Under the pieces are notes generated by a model. That model did not search any database and had not been told where the DNA came from. It was given only the letters and a program-made list of their open reading frames with translations. From positions 31,832 to 95,831 of the forward strand of contig JBAXND010000006.1 in assembly GCA_037133915.1 (NCBI GenBank): a stretch of 64,000 nt of DNA, written 5' to 3'. Below, in pieces: positions 30,241 to 38,983 of the stretch. The translations under genes and the position numbers were made by a program. Numbering within the stretch: the first letter of the stretch is position 1; each line of letters begins with the position of its first letter. This stretch comes from Bacteroidota bacterium. Its GTDB lineage: Bacteria > Bacteroidota > Bacteroidia > Bacteroidales > CAIWKO01.

Positions 30241-32955
30241 TCATTGAAATGCACGTTCAATTATTTGTCGCTGCTCTATCTTATGCACTTGTGCCGAGCC
30301 TGTGGCAGGGCTTCCGCTTTCGGGACGGGCAACTAATATAAACGGACTGAACGTTAAACTACGCATCATGAATGGTCCTGCGCCCATATTGGCAGGCTCT
30401 TCCTGAACCCATAAAAATTCAATGGCTCCTCTATAACGACTCATGATTTTTTGAAGTTTTTCCGTATCAAGCGGAAAAAGCTGTTCAATTCTAATTATAG
30501 CAACCGTGTCAATTCCATTTTTATTACGTTCATCTGCAAGTTCGTAATAAATTTTTCCCGTACACAAAATGATACGCGTAATTTTTTCGGCTGCAGTTGT
30601 CGCATCATCCATAATTTCACTAAAACTGCCCGCAGTAAATGCTTCCGGTGAGGAAACACATGCCGGATTCCGGAGCAGGCTTTTAGGGGTAAAAACAACC
30701 AGCGGCTTGCGGAAGGGTCTGTGCAGCTGTCTGCGCAACAAATGAAAATAATTTGCCGGCGTACTGCAATTTGCAACGGTAATGTTATTCCCGGCGCACA
30801 GCACCATAAAGCGCTCCAAACGCCCGCTGGAATGCTCCGGCCCCTGACCTTCGTATCCGTGCGGGAGCAACAATACCAAGCCATTCATAACATTCCATTT
30901 TTCTTCGGCACAGGTAAGAAACTGGTCAATGATAATCTGACCGCCGTTGCCGAAATCGCCGAACTGTGCTTCCCAAATAGTGAGCCCATTCGGTGTGGCA
31001 AGAGCATAACCATACTCAAAGCCCAGCACGCCATATTCCGAAAGCAGTGAATTATAAACATCAAATTTTGCCTGACTGTCAGATATGGTATTCAACGGAA
31101 TAAATTCCTCTTCCGAATCTTCGACCGTAAGCACGCTGTGACGCTGACTGAAGGTGCCCCGTTTCACATCCTGACCACTCAAACGCACAGGAAACCCTTC
31201 CTGTAAAAGACTTCCCATAGCAAGCAATTCTGCCATGGCCCAGTCAACATTTCCGTTTTCAGAAAGCATTGCACGACGGTCTGATTGCAGCTTCACGATT
31301 TTTTTAAAGAAGGTTTTTTCTGCCGGAAGTTGCGTTATTTTAGTGCCTATTTCGTTCAAAAGTAAGGGTGCGATACCTGTTTCAAATTCTTTGTGAATAA
31401 TCGTGGTGTCGGCACGAACTATTCCTGTCCACAGATTTTCGAGAAATGCTCTAATCGTTGCATGCGTTTTTTGTTTTGATGCAAGATACCCATCCTCAAG
31501 CATCCTGTCAAACTGCTCTTTTATTAAGGCCGTTTCGCTTATGCCAATAACCCCCTCATTTCTGAGTTTTTCAATATAAATATCCAGCAGATTCGGGTGT
31601 TTCTCAATAATCTTGTAGAGAAGCGGCTGCGTATAGCGGGGTTCATCACTTTCATTATGACCATAGCGTCGGTAGCACAACAGGTCGATGAAAACATCTT
31701 TATGAAATTTTTTGCGGTAATCCATGGCAAGCAGCACAGTATAAACAACCGCTTCCACGTCATCGCCGTTCACATGAAAAATAGGCGACTGTATGGTTTT
31801 CGCCACATCGGTACAGTATATACTCGAACGTCCGTCCTGATAGTTTGTCGTAAATCCAATTTGGTTGTTCACAACAATATGTATGGTTCCTCCGGTTCTG
31901 TAGCCTTGCAGTTCAGACATCTGAAGCAGCTCATATATAACTCCCTGCCCTGAAACTGAAGCGTCTCCGTGAATAAGTATGGGAACGACTTTGCTGCCGG
32001 TACAATCATTATATTTATCGGTTTTGGCACGCACAATACCTTCAACTACGGGTCCTACAGCTTCAAGGTGCGAAGGATTAGGTGTAAGTGTAAGGTGCAC
32101 CGGACGGCCTTCGCCGGTTTCATAATCGGATGAATATCCCAGGTGGTATTTTACATCTCCCTGAAGATAATGGTCTTCAAAGGGTGCTCCTGCAAATTCG
32201 GTAAATATAGCTTCGTATGATTTATGAAGAATATTGGCCAGCACATTCAGTCTGCCACGGTGTGGCATGCCTATAACAAATTCCAGACATCCATGCGCGG
32301 CACCTTTTCGAATTACGGCATCAAGTGCAGGTATCAACGCTTCTGCACCTTCGAGAGAGAAACTTTTTTGTCCCGGATAACGGGTATGAAGATAGCGTTC
32401 AAACAATACCGCCTCACTTACTTTATGCAGTATCATTTTTTTCTGCTCAGCACTGAATGCGGACTTGTTCCGGCGGCTTTCCATATTCTGCTTCAGCCAG
32501 CTAACAATTTCCGGACGGCGGATATACATATATTCTACGCCGAGGTGGCTGCAATAGGTGATTTTTAACTCTTCAACTATATGCCTTAAAGTTGCCGCAC
32601 CCAATCCAAGTTCGCTTCCGGCAGCAAAAGTCCGGTCAAGGTCTTTTTCAACCAGTCCGAAATTTTCGATATCAAGTGTAGGTGAATACTGACGGCGTGT
32701 TCGTACCGGGTTTGTAAGCGTAAAATAATGACCGCGCTCACGGTATGCATTCACCAGATTAATTACTTTCACCTCATCGTCAAAAGCACTGCCCGCAGAG
32801 CTTTTCTTCAAGGGATATTGCTTGCGGGCAAATTCGAAACCTTCGAAAAAACGCTGCCAGCCGGGGTCTACTGCTGATGGGTTTTCGAGATATTGGCGGT
32901 GCAATTCGTCTAAATAGAACGCATTTGCATTTTCGAGGTAAGAAAAATTGTCCAT
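30241..32955 (-). CDS. sucA: 2-oxoglutarate dehydrogenase E1 component
   Basis: 904 aa with YRERGH, MPHRGRLNVL, GDVKYHLG, HGDA..GQG and RYGHNE motifs. Confidence 0.95.
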   Translation of the reverse strand: MDNFSYLENANAFYLDELHRQYLENPSAVDPGWQRFFEGFEFARKQYPLKKSSAGSAFDDEVKVINLVNAYRERGHYFTLTNPVRTRRQYSPTLDIENFGLVEKDLDRTFAAGSELGLGAATLRHIVEELKITYCSHLGVEYMYIRRPEIVSWLKQNMESRRNKSAFSAEQKKMILHKVSEAVLFERYLHTRYPGQKSFSLEGAEALIPALDAVIRKGAAHGCLEFVIGMPHRGRLNVLANILHKSYEAIFTEFAGAPFEDHYLQGDVKYHLGYSSDYETGEGRPVHLTLTPNPSHLEAVGPVVEGIVRAKTDKYNDCTGSKVVPILIHGDASVSGQGVIYELLQMSELQGYRTGGTIHIVVNNQIGFTTNYQDGRSSIYCTDVAKTIQSPIFHVNGDDVEAVVYTVLLAMDYRKKFHKDVFIDLLCYRRYGHNESDEPRYTQPLLYKIIEKHPNLLDIYIEKLRNEGVIGISETALIKEQFDRMLEDGYLASKQKTHATIRAFLENLWTGIVRADTTIIHKEFETGIAPLLLNEIGTKITQLPAEKTFFKKIVKLQSDRRAMLSENGNVDWAMAELLAMGSLLQEGFPVRLSGQDVKRGTFSQRHSVLTVEDSEEEFIPLNTISDSQAKFDVYNSLLSEYGVLGFEYGYALATPNGLTIWEAQFGDFGNGGQIIIDQFLTCAEEKWNVMNGLVLLLPHGYEGQGPEHSSGRLERFMVLCAGNNITVANCSTPANYFHLLRRQLHRPFRKPLVVFTPKSLLRNPACVSSPEAFTAGSFSEIMDDATTAAEKITRIILCTGKIYYELADERNKNGIDTVAIIRIEQLFPLDTEKLQKIMSRYRGAIEFLWVQEEPANMGAGPFMMRSLTFSPFILVARPESGSPATGSAQVHKIEQRQIIERAFQ

Positions 32956-32981
32956 TTACGGAGCATTTCGGTACTGTATCG

Positions 32982-32989
32982 CAAAATTA
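32982..32989 (-). promoter_or_regulatory. -7 box TAATTTTG for sucA
   Basis: The reverse complement of caaaatta, 27 nt upstream of the ATG at 32955. Confidence 0.4.
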
Positions 32990-33043
32990 CGGATAATTAT
33001 GCATCAGGTACCGATGCTATTGCAGAAAGATGATTTTTTGCAT

Positions 33044-33790
33044 TTAATAGATCTCGTAACCGGAAAAGTCGAGTCCGATATCTTCCTTGAACAAATGCTG
33101 AACGCCATTGCTGTTTCTGATAAACACTCCAGGGAAGACATTTTTTTGTAAATAGCGAACATCACCAAAATTCAGAGAATTACCCATCGTTTTTCCCTTT
33201 AACAAAAACCGGATGAACGCTTCCATATACTCATAAAATAATTTCAGATTCAGCCCATTTACAATCGTTCCGTAACAAAATTGCAGTCTGTCAAGGTAGG
33301 GAACCAGTGACGAGACATCCTGTCCAAGTATAGAAAAGGGGTAATCAGCCGTCATGCGGAGACCGGCATCGGTTTTTCTCAGGAATTCGAAATTATTCAG
33401 ATAAATAAATTTGTCATCAAAGTAGCTTCTGTGTGCATGGTACCATAAAGGAAGATGCTGCGTTCCGGCAAAAAGAAGCGAATCGTTGAAATCAGGAAAT
33501 TTTTCATCGGCATAAAACGGCAGAACTTCATTTAGCCCGAACAAATAATCTTCGGAAAGCCATTTATAGGTGTTTGCCGATGCATTAAAAATAGTTTTAA
33601 AGTGCCTGGCCAGATGTGAGCGTACTGAAAGGCCCGCGGCACCAACAAAATATGGTATAAACTTTTTATTCAAGGGATGTTCGAAACCCCAGATGTAGAC
33701 GCCCGGCTTATCGGTTTTTTTTTGTAAACTTCCAACTTCAAGATCTTTGAATGGAAACGGACCATTGAAGGATAGTTGTAATTGTCTCAT
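33044..33790 (-). CDS. Hypothetical protein with GIY-YIG-like motifs separated by a large insertion
   Basis: KPGVYIW-x13-PYFVGAAGLSVRSHLARHF parallels GVYQF-x9-IYVGKAKSLRKRVASYF of the uvrC in this window. A possible Glu/Asn region (FYEYMEAFIRFLLKGKTMGNS) lies about 140 aa later. Confidence 0.4.
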   Translation of the reverse strand: MRQLQLSFNGPFPFKDLEVGSLQKKTDKPGVYIWGFEHPLNKKFIPYFVGAAGLSVRSHLARHFKTIFNASANTYKWLSEDYLFGLNEVLPFYADEKFPDFNDSLLFAGTQHLPLWYHAHRSYFDDKFIYLNNFEFLRKTDAGLRMTADYPFSILGQDVSSLVPYLDRLQFCYGTIVNGLNLKLFYEYMEAFIRFLLKGKTMGNSLNFGDVRYLQKNVFPGVFIRNSNGVQHLFKEDIGLDFSGYEIY

Positions 33791-33885
33791 AGAATTGGAT
33801 TAATGTCCAATAATTCACATTCCTTCACTTCTATTGTTTTTATTGTACCGAAAACTCTCTGCAATTCCAACCTGCCCGAAAAAGT

Positions 33886-34503
33886 TTATTTGAACGATTC
33901 TCGCATATAGAATCCCTTATTCTGAGCCCAGCCGTCGTAGTATATTTCACAGCTAAAATCTTTAAGTATTTTTATATCGCGAAGAATCGTTTTTTCACTC
34001 ACATTGAAAATATTTGCAAACACTTTGGTATTTGCATATCCTCCTTTTTTCGTGAGTTCCTTGTGCAGATACCACACTCTGAAAATTCGTTTTTTTGTTC
34101 GGTCAAATTGTGTGTAGGCAAACGTATTGTTCATATTTTGCCGCATCACTGCCGGGCAATTATCATGGGCCTTTTCAATGCTCTTTTCCAGGAACAAACT
34201 ATCGGGAACCTCATCCAGTTTGACTACGAAATTTTTTAACGGATTTGGAATTCGGTGCCTGTTTGTACCAACAATAAGAATTGTCTGCTCATAGTCGGCC
34301 ATCACTCTGGCCATTTTATTCAGATACTCAGTGAGTGGAGCATTGAGCTTCGATGAATCGAGAATCACATAAAAACACGGAATGCCGATAATATCGGCGT
34401 CGCATTCGGCAGTTACCAAACGCAACCCAAGTTTCTCTACGGCTGTTCTGACCCGCTCCTTCAAACTATCATCCTTCGTCCATATCAAAACAGTTTTATC
34501 CAT
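33886..34503 (-). CDS. Hypothetical regulator: receiver-like N-domain plus YafY/DeoR-type HTH C-domain
   Basis: The C-terminus RIFRVWYLHKELTKKGGYANTKVFANIFNVSEKTILRDIKILKD...GFYM resembles an HTH_11 domain. The N-terminus has a CheY-like acid and hydrophobic pattern (VLIWTKDD, YVILD, ILIVGT). Confidence 0.45.
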   Translation of the reverse strand: MDKTVLIWTKDDSLKERVRTAVEKLGLRLVTAECDADIIGIPCFYVILDSSKLNAPLTEYLNKMARVMADYEQTILIVGTNRHRIPNPLKNFVVKLDEVPDSLFLEKSIEKAHDNCPAVMRQNMNNTFAYTQFDRTKKRIFRVWYLHKELTKKGGYANTKVFANIFNVSEKTILRDIKILKDFSCEIYYDGWAQNKGFYMRESFK

Positions 34504-34609
34504 ATCAGCTAGTTTATTAGAGTAAAATCAGCGCCAAATGTTCATAAAATAATCATATACAGTATTTGCGAAAACACTATATATACATTCGTATTTCATG
34601 AAACGAACC

Positions 34610-34617
34610 CAAAAATA
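34610..34617 (-). promoter_or_regulatory. Candidate -7 box TATTTTTG for the 33886-34503 / 33044-33790 unit
   Basis: The reverse complement of caaaaata, about 105 nt upstream of the ATG at 34503. Confidence 0.3.
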
Positions 34618-34886
34618 TATAATGAAGTAGTGTTATAAAAATTTGGTCGGACAACATTGTGTCCGAGTAATGAGAAAAAAATTAATGTGAAGAAAAAACA
34701 AGGCAGAATTGGGCGAAGAAGAAAGGAAACTGGTTGGTCAATTGGCTATATTTAAATATTTATTTTCACTGCTTCCTTCCGGAAGCAAGAGCAGGAATTT
34801 TTAGATATTTTGCGAACAAGTTTGATAAAGGTAGGTCATCAAAGAGCACATTCCTATTAATAACACGTATTTATTTTTTTATAAAT

Positions 34887-34918
34887 AAAAAACCCCGCCT
34901 TTGAGGGCAGGGTTTTTG
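34887..34918 (-). terminator. Intrinsic terminator after the ferredoxin gene (bidirectional-looking)
   Basis: A 7-bp stem ccccgcc/ggcaggg (one G-U pair) with a 6-nt loop, flanked by A5 and T5, 19 nt after the ferredoxin stop. Confidence 0.7.
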
Positions 34919-34936
34919 AAAAAACTGCAGAATAAA

Positions 34937-35104
34937 TTATTCCGGATGGATTGCTTCTACGGGGCAAACATCGGCGCAGGCACCGCAGTCGGTACATACA
35001 TCGGGGTCTATTTTGTAAATATCGCCTTCAGAAATAGCTTCAACAGGACATTCGTCAACGCATGTTCCGCAAGCTGTGCAATCATCGGTTATTTTGTAAG
35101 CCAT
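34937..35104 (-). CDS. 2x[4Fe-4S] ferredoxin
   Basis: MAYKITDDCTACGTCVDECP...CTDCGACADVCP from the internal ATG at 35104. Confidence 0.9.
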   Translation of the reverse strand: MAYKITDDCTACGTCVDECPVEAISEGDIYKIDPDVCTDCGACADVCPVEAIHPE

Positions 35105-35139
35105 ATCAATTGAATTTTGGGTTAATATTTTTTCCGATG

Positions 35140-35147
35140 CAAATATA
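35140..35147 (-). promoter_or_regulatory. -7 box TATATTTG for ferredoxin
   Basis: The reverse complement of caaatata, 36 nt upstream of the ATG at 35104. Confidence 0.4.
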
Positions 35148-35273
35148 TCTATTTCTGACAAATCAGCGCAAAAACTTATTAAATTTTAAGGCGGAGATAA
35201 ATGATATATGTCTGAAAAGTAAGTGATAAGGTCTTATAAAAGGGACACAAGTATTGAGAATCACTTATTCATG

Positions 35274-35792
35274 TTACAGTTTTAGAGCATACTTTTCTTT
35301 CAGCAAACCCCGTTCACGGCTCCATGCATAAATAAAATCACGGATTTCCCTTACACGTTCCGCAGGCTCTTTTTTTCCGTTTCGAACGCCAATCATTGAA
35401 TCGGCCGAAAAAATATAATTCAGCACATCAAAATCATAAAACAGTGGTGCATCATGCGGGTCGTTGTAACCCGGATTGAGCCAGTGGATATACAGAAAAT
35501 AATCGTTCTCCACAAAATACTTCAGTGTTTTCACAATCTCTTTGGCGTACTGAAGTGAGCATAGTACAATTTTGGGCTGGTCTACTGTAATAATCTGCGA
35601 AATATCCATGTGCCGCTTCTGTGCCGAACGGTTCACAAGAAATACATCAACGGAATCGCCCTTTTCATTGAGTGTTAACTTACGCAGGTTGCGACCCGTT
35701 TTCACTTCTTTTTTTTCGAAAATAGTGTTCCATGTATGCGTTTTACCCGACTGTGTTTTGCCGAGCATACCAACCAGCAGTTTCTCTTTCAT
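35274..35792 (-). CDS. Small standalone P-loop NTPase, function unknown
   Basis: Walker A GKTQSGKT near the N-terminus. No other family motif was recognised. 172 aa. Confidence 0.5.
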   Translation of the reverse strand: MKEKLLVGMLGKTQSGKTHTWNTIFEKKEVKTGRNLRKLTLNEKGDSVDVFLVNRSAQKRHMDISQIITVDQPKIVLCSLQYAKEIVKTLKYFVENDYFLYIHWLNPGYNDPHDAPLFYDFDVLNYIFSADSMIGVRNGKKEPAERVREIRDFIYAWSRERGLLKEKYALKL

Positions 35793-35801
35793 TGTGGTGG
35801 A

Positions 35802-35817
35802 ATTTGGGTACCCAAAT
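35802..35817. promoter_or_regulatory. Perfect 16-bp palindrome ATTTGGGTACCCAAAT (candidate operator)
   Basis: Self-complementary over all 16 nt. It overlaps the -7 box and lies 10-25 nt upstream of the P-loop gene ATG. Confidence 0.35.
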
Positions 35818-35820
35818 ATA
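35813..35820 (-). promoter_or_regulatory. -7 box TATATTTG for the P-loop gene
   Basis: The reverse complement of caaatata, 21 nt upstream of the ATG at 35792. Confidence 0.4.
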
Positions 35821-35846
35821 CGCAGTCAGATGCACTTATGCAAATA

Positions 35847-37118
35847 TTAATCTTCCCCCTCGGCTGAAGGATTTGCCACTTTGCCTATGAACAGGATATT
35901 ATTCGTGGCATTATCGCGAAGCACAAACATAAAAGGATGATCGGCGCGGAAGGTCACAACATTCATGGGCATGGATTTCTCGCGTATCACTACAGCTGTT
36001 GCAGCCGCAGCTTCCGTTCCTTTTTCGTTCACATCAATAAACGCCTTATGCACCACTTTATCAATCAACAAATCCTTGGTGCCCGTCATACCCGAAAAAT
36101 CGGCAGCAAGACTAAATGCATCGGTCATACCCATTTTTTTTAACACATCGCTCAGCTCAAATTCTTCAGTCATGCTGAATTTCGGTATAAACACTTTTGC
36201 ATTTTGCATTTTAAGCGAAGCCGTCCATGCGTAGTAATTTTCAATACTGAATCCTTTTTCAAGGGATGCAATCCCGTCGGCCTGCTTTGGCAGAAAAACA
36301 ATCATGGAAACACTTTTTCCGGCATACGGAAGCTCAAGCACCTGCACGGCCTCAGTTTCAGCATACCCGAATTTGTGTTCGATAACCATGAAATCCGTAT
36401 TTACCGGCTTCGCGGCAGATAACATAAAGTCCATTTTCCGTGTGTCCTCTGCCCTGAATGGTTTTTCCCACGCCCCTTTAAAGTATATGGCGTTGACAAG
36501 TACCAGACGCGTAAGGTCGGAGAGCGAACCATCAACCAGCAAATCTTTTATTTTCGCGTTGGTTTCATCTTCCACCCATTTATTAATCGCAAGACGGCTT
36601 TTATTCAGTTCTGTTTTAAAATCAACATTTTTGAGACCTGCTTTGTACTGTTTTTTAACGAGGTCTGTGTATGACGAAAGAAAAGGGTAATCTTTCTGTA
36701 CCCACATAGAATTGGCAAGACTCATTTCAAGCGAATCTTTTTTCTCCAATGAATTCAGGTGTTTCAGCAGTTCTTTATAATCGGCATGAAAACGGTGCTG
36801 GTCGCTGCTGAAGTGTAACACACGGCTCATCTGGGATTCAGTGGTTCCGCGAGCGCCTGCATACGTCATGGCAAGTGCCGCTGAAATGCTGAACGGACAA
36901 TAAAAAACATTCGTTCCGCCGGTGCTTACCTGCCGGTAAAGTTCAAGTGCAAAAAGATTGTTGTTTCTGACCAGTATTGAATCGGAATGAACAACAACTG
37001 TAGGCTCATCTATTGTGGTTGATTTGTTGTAATTGGCCGTTGGCGCTGTTTTGTGGCTGCACCCCAGTGCCGATGCCGCAATAATTACGATGAGAAATTT
37101 ATTTATCAAGGTCTTCAT
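35847..37118 (-). CDS. Serpin-family lipoprotein (inhibitory-type hinge)
   Basis: Lipobox SALGC from the ATG at 37118. Serpin core motifs and the reactive-centre hinge GTEAAAATAVVIREKSMPMN...ADHPFMFVL. Confidence 0.85.
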   Translation of the reverse strand: MKTLINKFLIVIIAASALGCSHKTAPTANYNKSTTIDEPTVVVHSDSILVRNNNLFALELYRQVSTGGTNVFYCPFSISAALAMTYAGARGTTESQMSRVLHFSSDQHRFHADYKELLKHLNSLEKKDSLEMSLANSMWVQKDYPFLSSYTDLVKKQYKAGLKNVDFKTELNKSRLAINKWVEDETNAKIKDLLVDGSLSDLTRLVLVNAIYFKGAWEKPFRAEDTRKMDFMLSAAKPVNTDFMVIEHKFGYAETEAVQVLELPYAGKSVSMIVFLPKQADGIASLEKGFSIENYYAWTASLKMQNAKVFIPKFSMTEEFELSDVLKKMGMTDAFSLAADFSGMTGTKDLLIDKVVHKAFIDVNEKGTEAAAATAVVIREKSMPMNVVTFRADHPFMFVLRDNATNNILFIGKVANPSAEGED

Positions 37119-37143
37119 AATTTTAGAATTTATGGTGGTATGC

Positions 37144-38973
37144 TTACAAATTCTGCGCCGCATTAAAATGCGTGTATACTAATTTCGCTTTAGCTTTTCC
37201 AATGGCGGTTCCAATATCATCTTCTGTGGCCAGGCGTATATTTTCTACCGAGCGGAAATGCCTCAGCAATGCTTTGGCGGTTTCTTCGCCAATGCCGCTT
37301 ATTTCTGTAAGTTCTGATTTAATTGTTTCCTTTTCACGCTTTTTGCGATGATGCGTAATACCAAACCGATGCGCTTCATCACGCAATTGTTGTATCAGCC
37401 GCAATGTTTCCGATTTTTTATCAAGATATACAGGCACGGAATCGTTAGGAAAATAAATTTCTTCCAGTCTTTTGGCAATGCCTATAATAGCTATTTTTCC
37501 TGCCAATCCGAGTTTTTCAAGGCTAAGCATTGCCGAACTGAGTTGCCCTTTTCCGCCGTCAATTACAATGAGTTGCGGAAGTGGTTTTTGCTCTTCAAGC
37601 AACCGGCTGTAACGTCGGTGAACAATCTCTTCCATCGAGGCATAATCATTCGCTCCGGTTACGGTTTTGATGTTAAAGTGGCGGTATTCGCTTTTATCGG
37701 GTTTGGCATCGCTGAAAACTACCATGGCGGCCACTGCGAAATCGCCTTGTATATTTGAGTTATCAAAACACTCTATCCGTGTAGGAAGCTCCCGCAACCG
37801 CAGGTCTTTCATTACTTTTTCAAGAATTCGGTTTGTACGGTGTCCGGGATCAACCAGCTCTTTTTGCTTTTCTTTTTCGAGCCGGTAATATTTCGCATTT
37901 CGTTCCGACAGTTCAATCAGCTTTTTTTTGTCGCCAATCTGCGGAACCGTAATTTTTACACCCGGAATTTCAGTTTCAATTTCCAAAGACAAATAAATTT
38001 CTGCCGAATTGCTTTCAAACCGTTCGCGCAACTCTGCTACTGCAAGTGCAAGCAGCTGCGCCGGGGCTTCGTCGAGCCTCTTTTTTATTTCTATGGTATG
38101 TGCCTGCACAATAGAGCCACCCATTACTTTCAGGTAATTTACATAGGCCGTCTGGTCGCCGTCGAGAATGGTAAACACATCAACATTATGTATCTGAGGA
38201 TTCACAACCATTGATTTTCCCTGATATTTTTCGAGAATATCGAGTTTCTCTTTCACCAGCTGCGCTTTTTCAAACTCAAAATCTGCAGCATAATCGCCCA
38301 TGGTTTTTTTCAGTTGCTGCATCACCGAGGCAATATTTCCTTTAATAATATCCCTGATTGCCGCAATATTGGTATCATAATCCTGCTCCGTTTGCAAGCC
38401 TTCGCACGGACCTTTGCAGTTTCCTATGTGAAATTCCAGACACACTTTGTGTTTTTTGTTTTCTACATTTTCGGTCGATAAATTATAGTTGCAGTTTCGC
38501 AACGGAAACAGCTGAGATACCAGTGATAACAGCGTATTCATCATCCGTACCGAGGCATACGGACCAAAGTATGCAGAGCCGTCGCGCAGCACGGTGCGCG
38601 TTGGGAATATTCGCGGAAAGCGCTCTTTTTTTATACAAATCCACGGATAGGTTTTGTCGTCTTTCAGTAAAACGTTGTAACGGGGAAGAAATTTCTTGAT
38701 CAGATTGTTTTCGAGGAGCAGTGCGTCGTATTCGGTTTCAACAATTATGGTGAGGATGTCGGCTATCTTGCGCACCATCACCGCCACTTTTCCGGTAAGT
38801 GTTTCTTCCGGTCTGAAATACGATGCGACTCGCTTTCGAAGACTCTTTGCTTTGCCTACATATATAAGCGTTTCGTTCTCATCTAGAAACTGGTAAACAC
38901 CGGGTTTGTCCGGCAGGAGCCGAACTATTTTTTCAATAAGATGATTCTTTTTTTTGTCCGTGTCGGCACTCAT
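37144..38973 (-). CDS. uvrC: Excinuclease ABC subunit C
   Basis: N-terminal GIY-YIG (GVYQF...IYVGKAKSLRKR), a UVR domain, an endonuclease V-like domain, and a C-terminal (HhH)2. Confidence 0.95.
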   Translation of the reverse strand: MSADTDKKKNHLIEKIVRLLPDKPGVYQFLDENETLIYVGKAKSLRKRVASYFRPEETLTGKVAVMVRKIADILTIIVETEYDALLLENNLIKKFLPRYNVLLKDDKTYPWICIKKERFPRIFPTRTVLRDGSAYFGPYASVRMMNTLLSLVSQLFPLRNCNYNLSTENVENKKHKVCLEFHIGNCKGPCEGLQTEQDYDTNIAAIRDIIKGNIASVMQQLKKTMGDYAADFEFEKAQLVKEKLDILEKYQGKSMVVNPQIHNVDVFTILDGDQTAYVNYLKVMGGSIVQAHTIEIKKRLDEAPAQLLALAVAELRERFESNSAEIYLSLEIETEIPGVKITVPQIGDKKKLIELSERNAKYYRLEKEKQKELVDPGHRTNRILEKVMKDLRLRELPTRIECFDNSNIQGDFAVAAMVVFSDAKPDKSEYRHFNIKTVTGANDYASMEEIVHRRYSRLLEEQKPLPQLIVIDGGKGQLSSAMLSLEKLGLAGKIAIIGIAKRLEEIYFPNDSVPVYLDKKSETLRLIQQLRDEAHRFGITHHRKKREKETIKSELTEISGIGEETAKALLRHFRSVENIRLATEDDIGTAIGKAKAKLVYTHFNAAQNL

Positions 38974-38983
38974 ATCAGCACAA

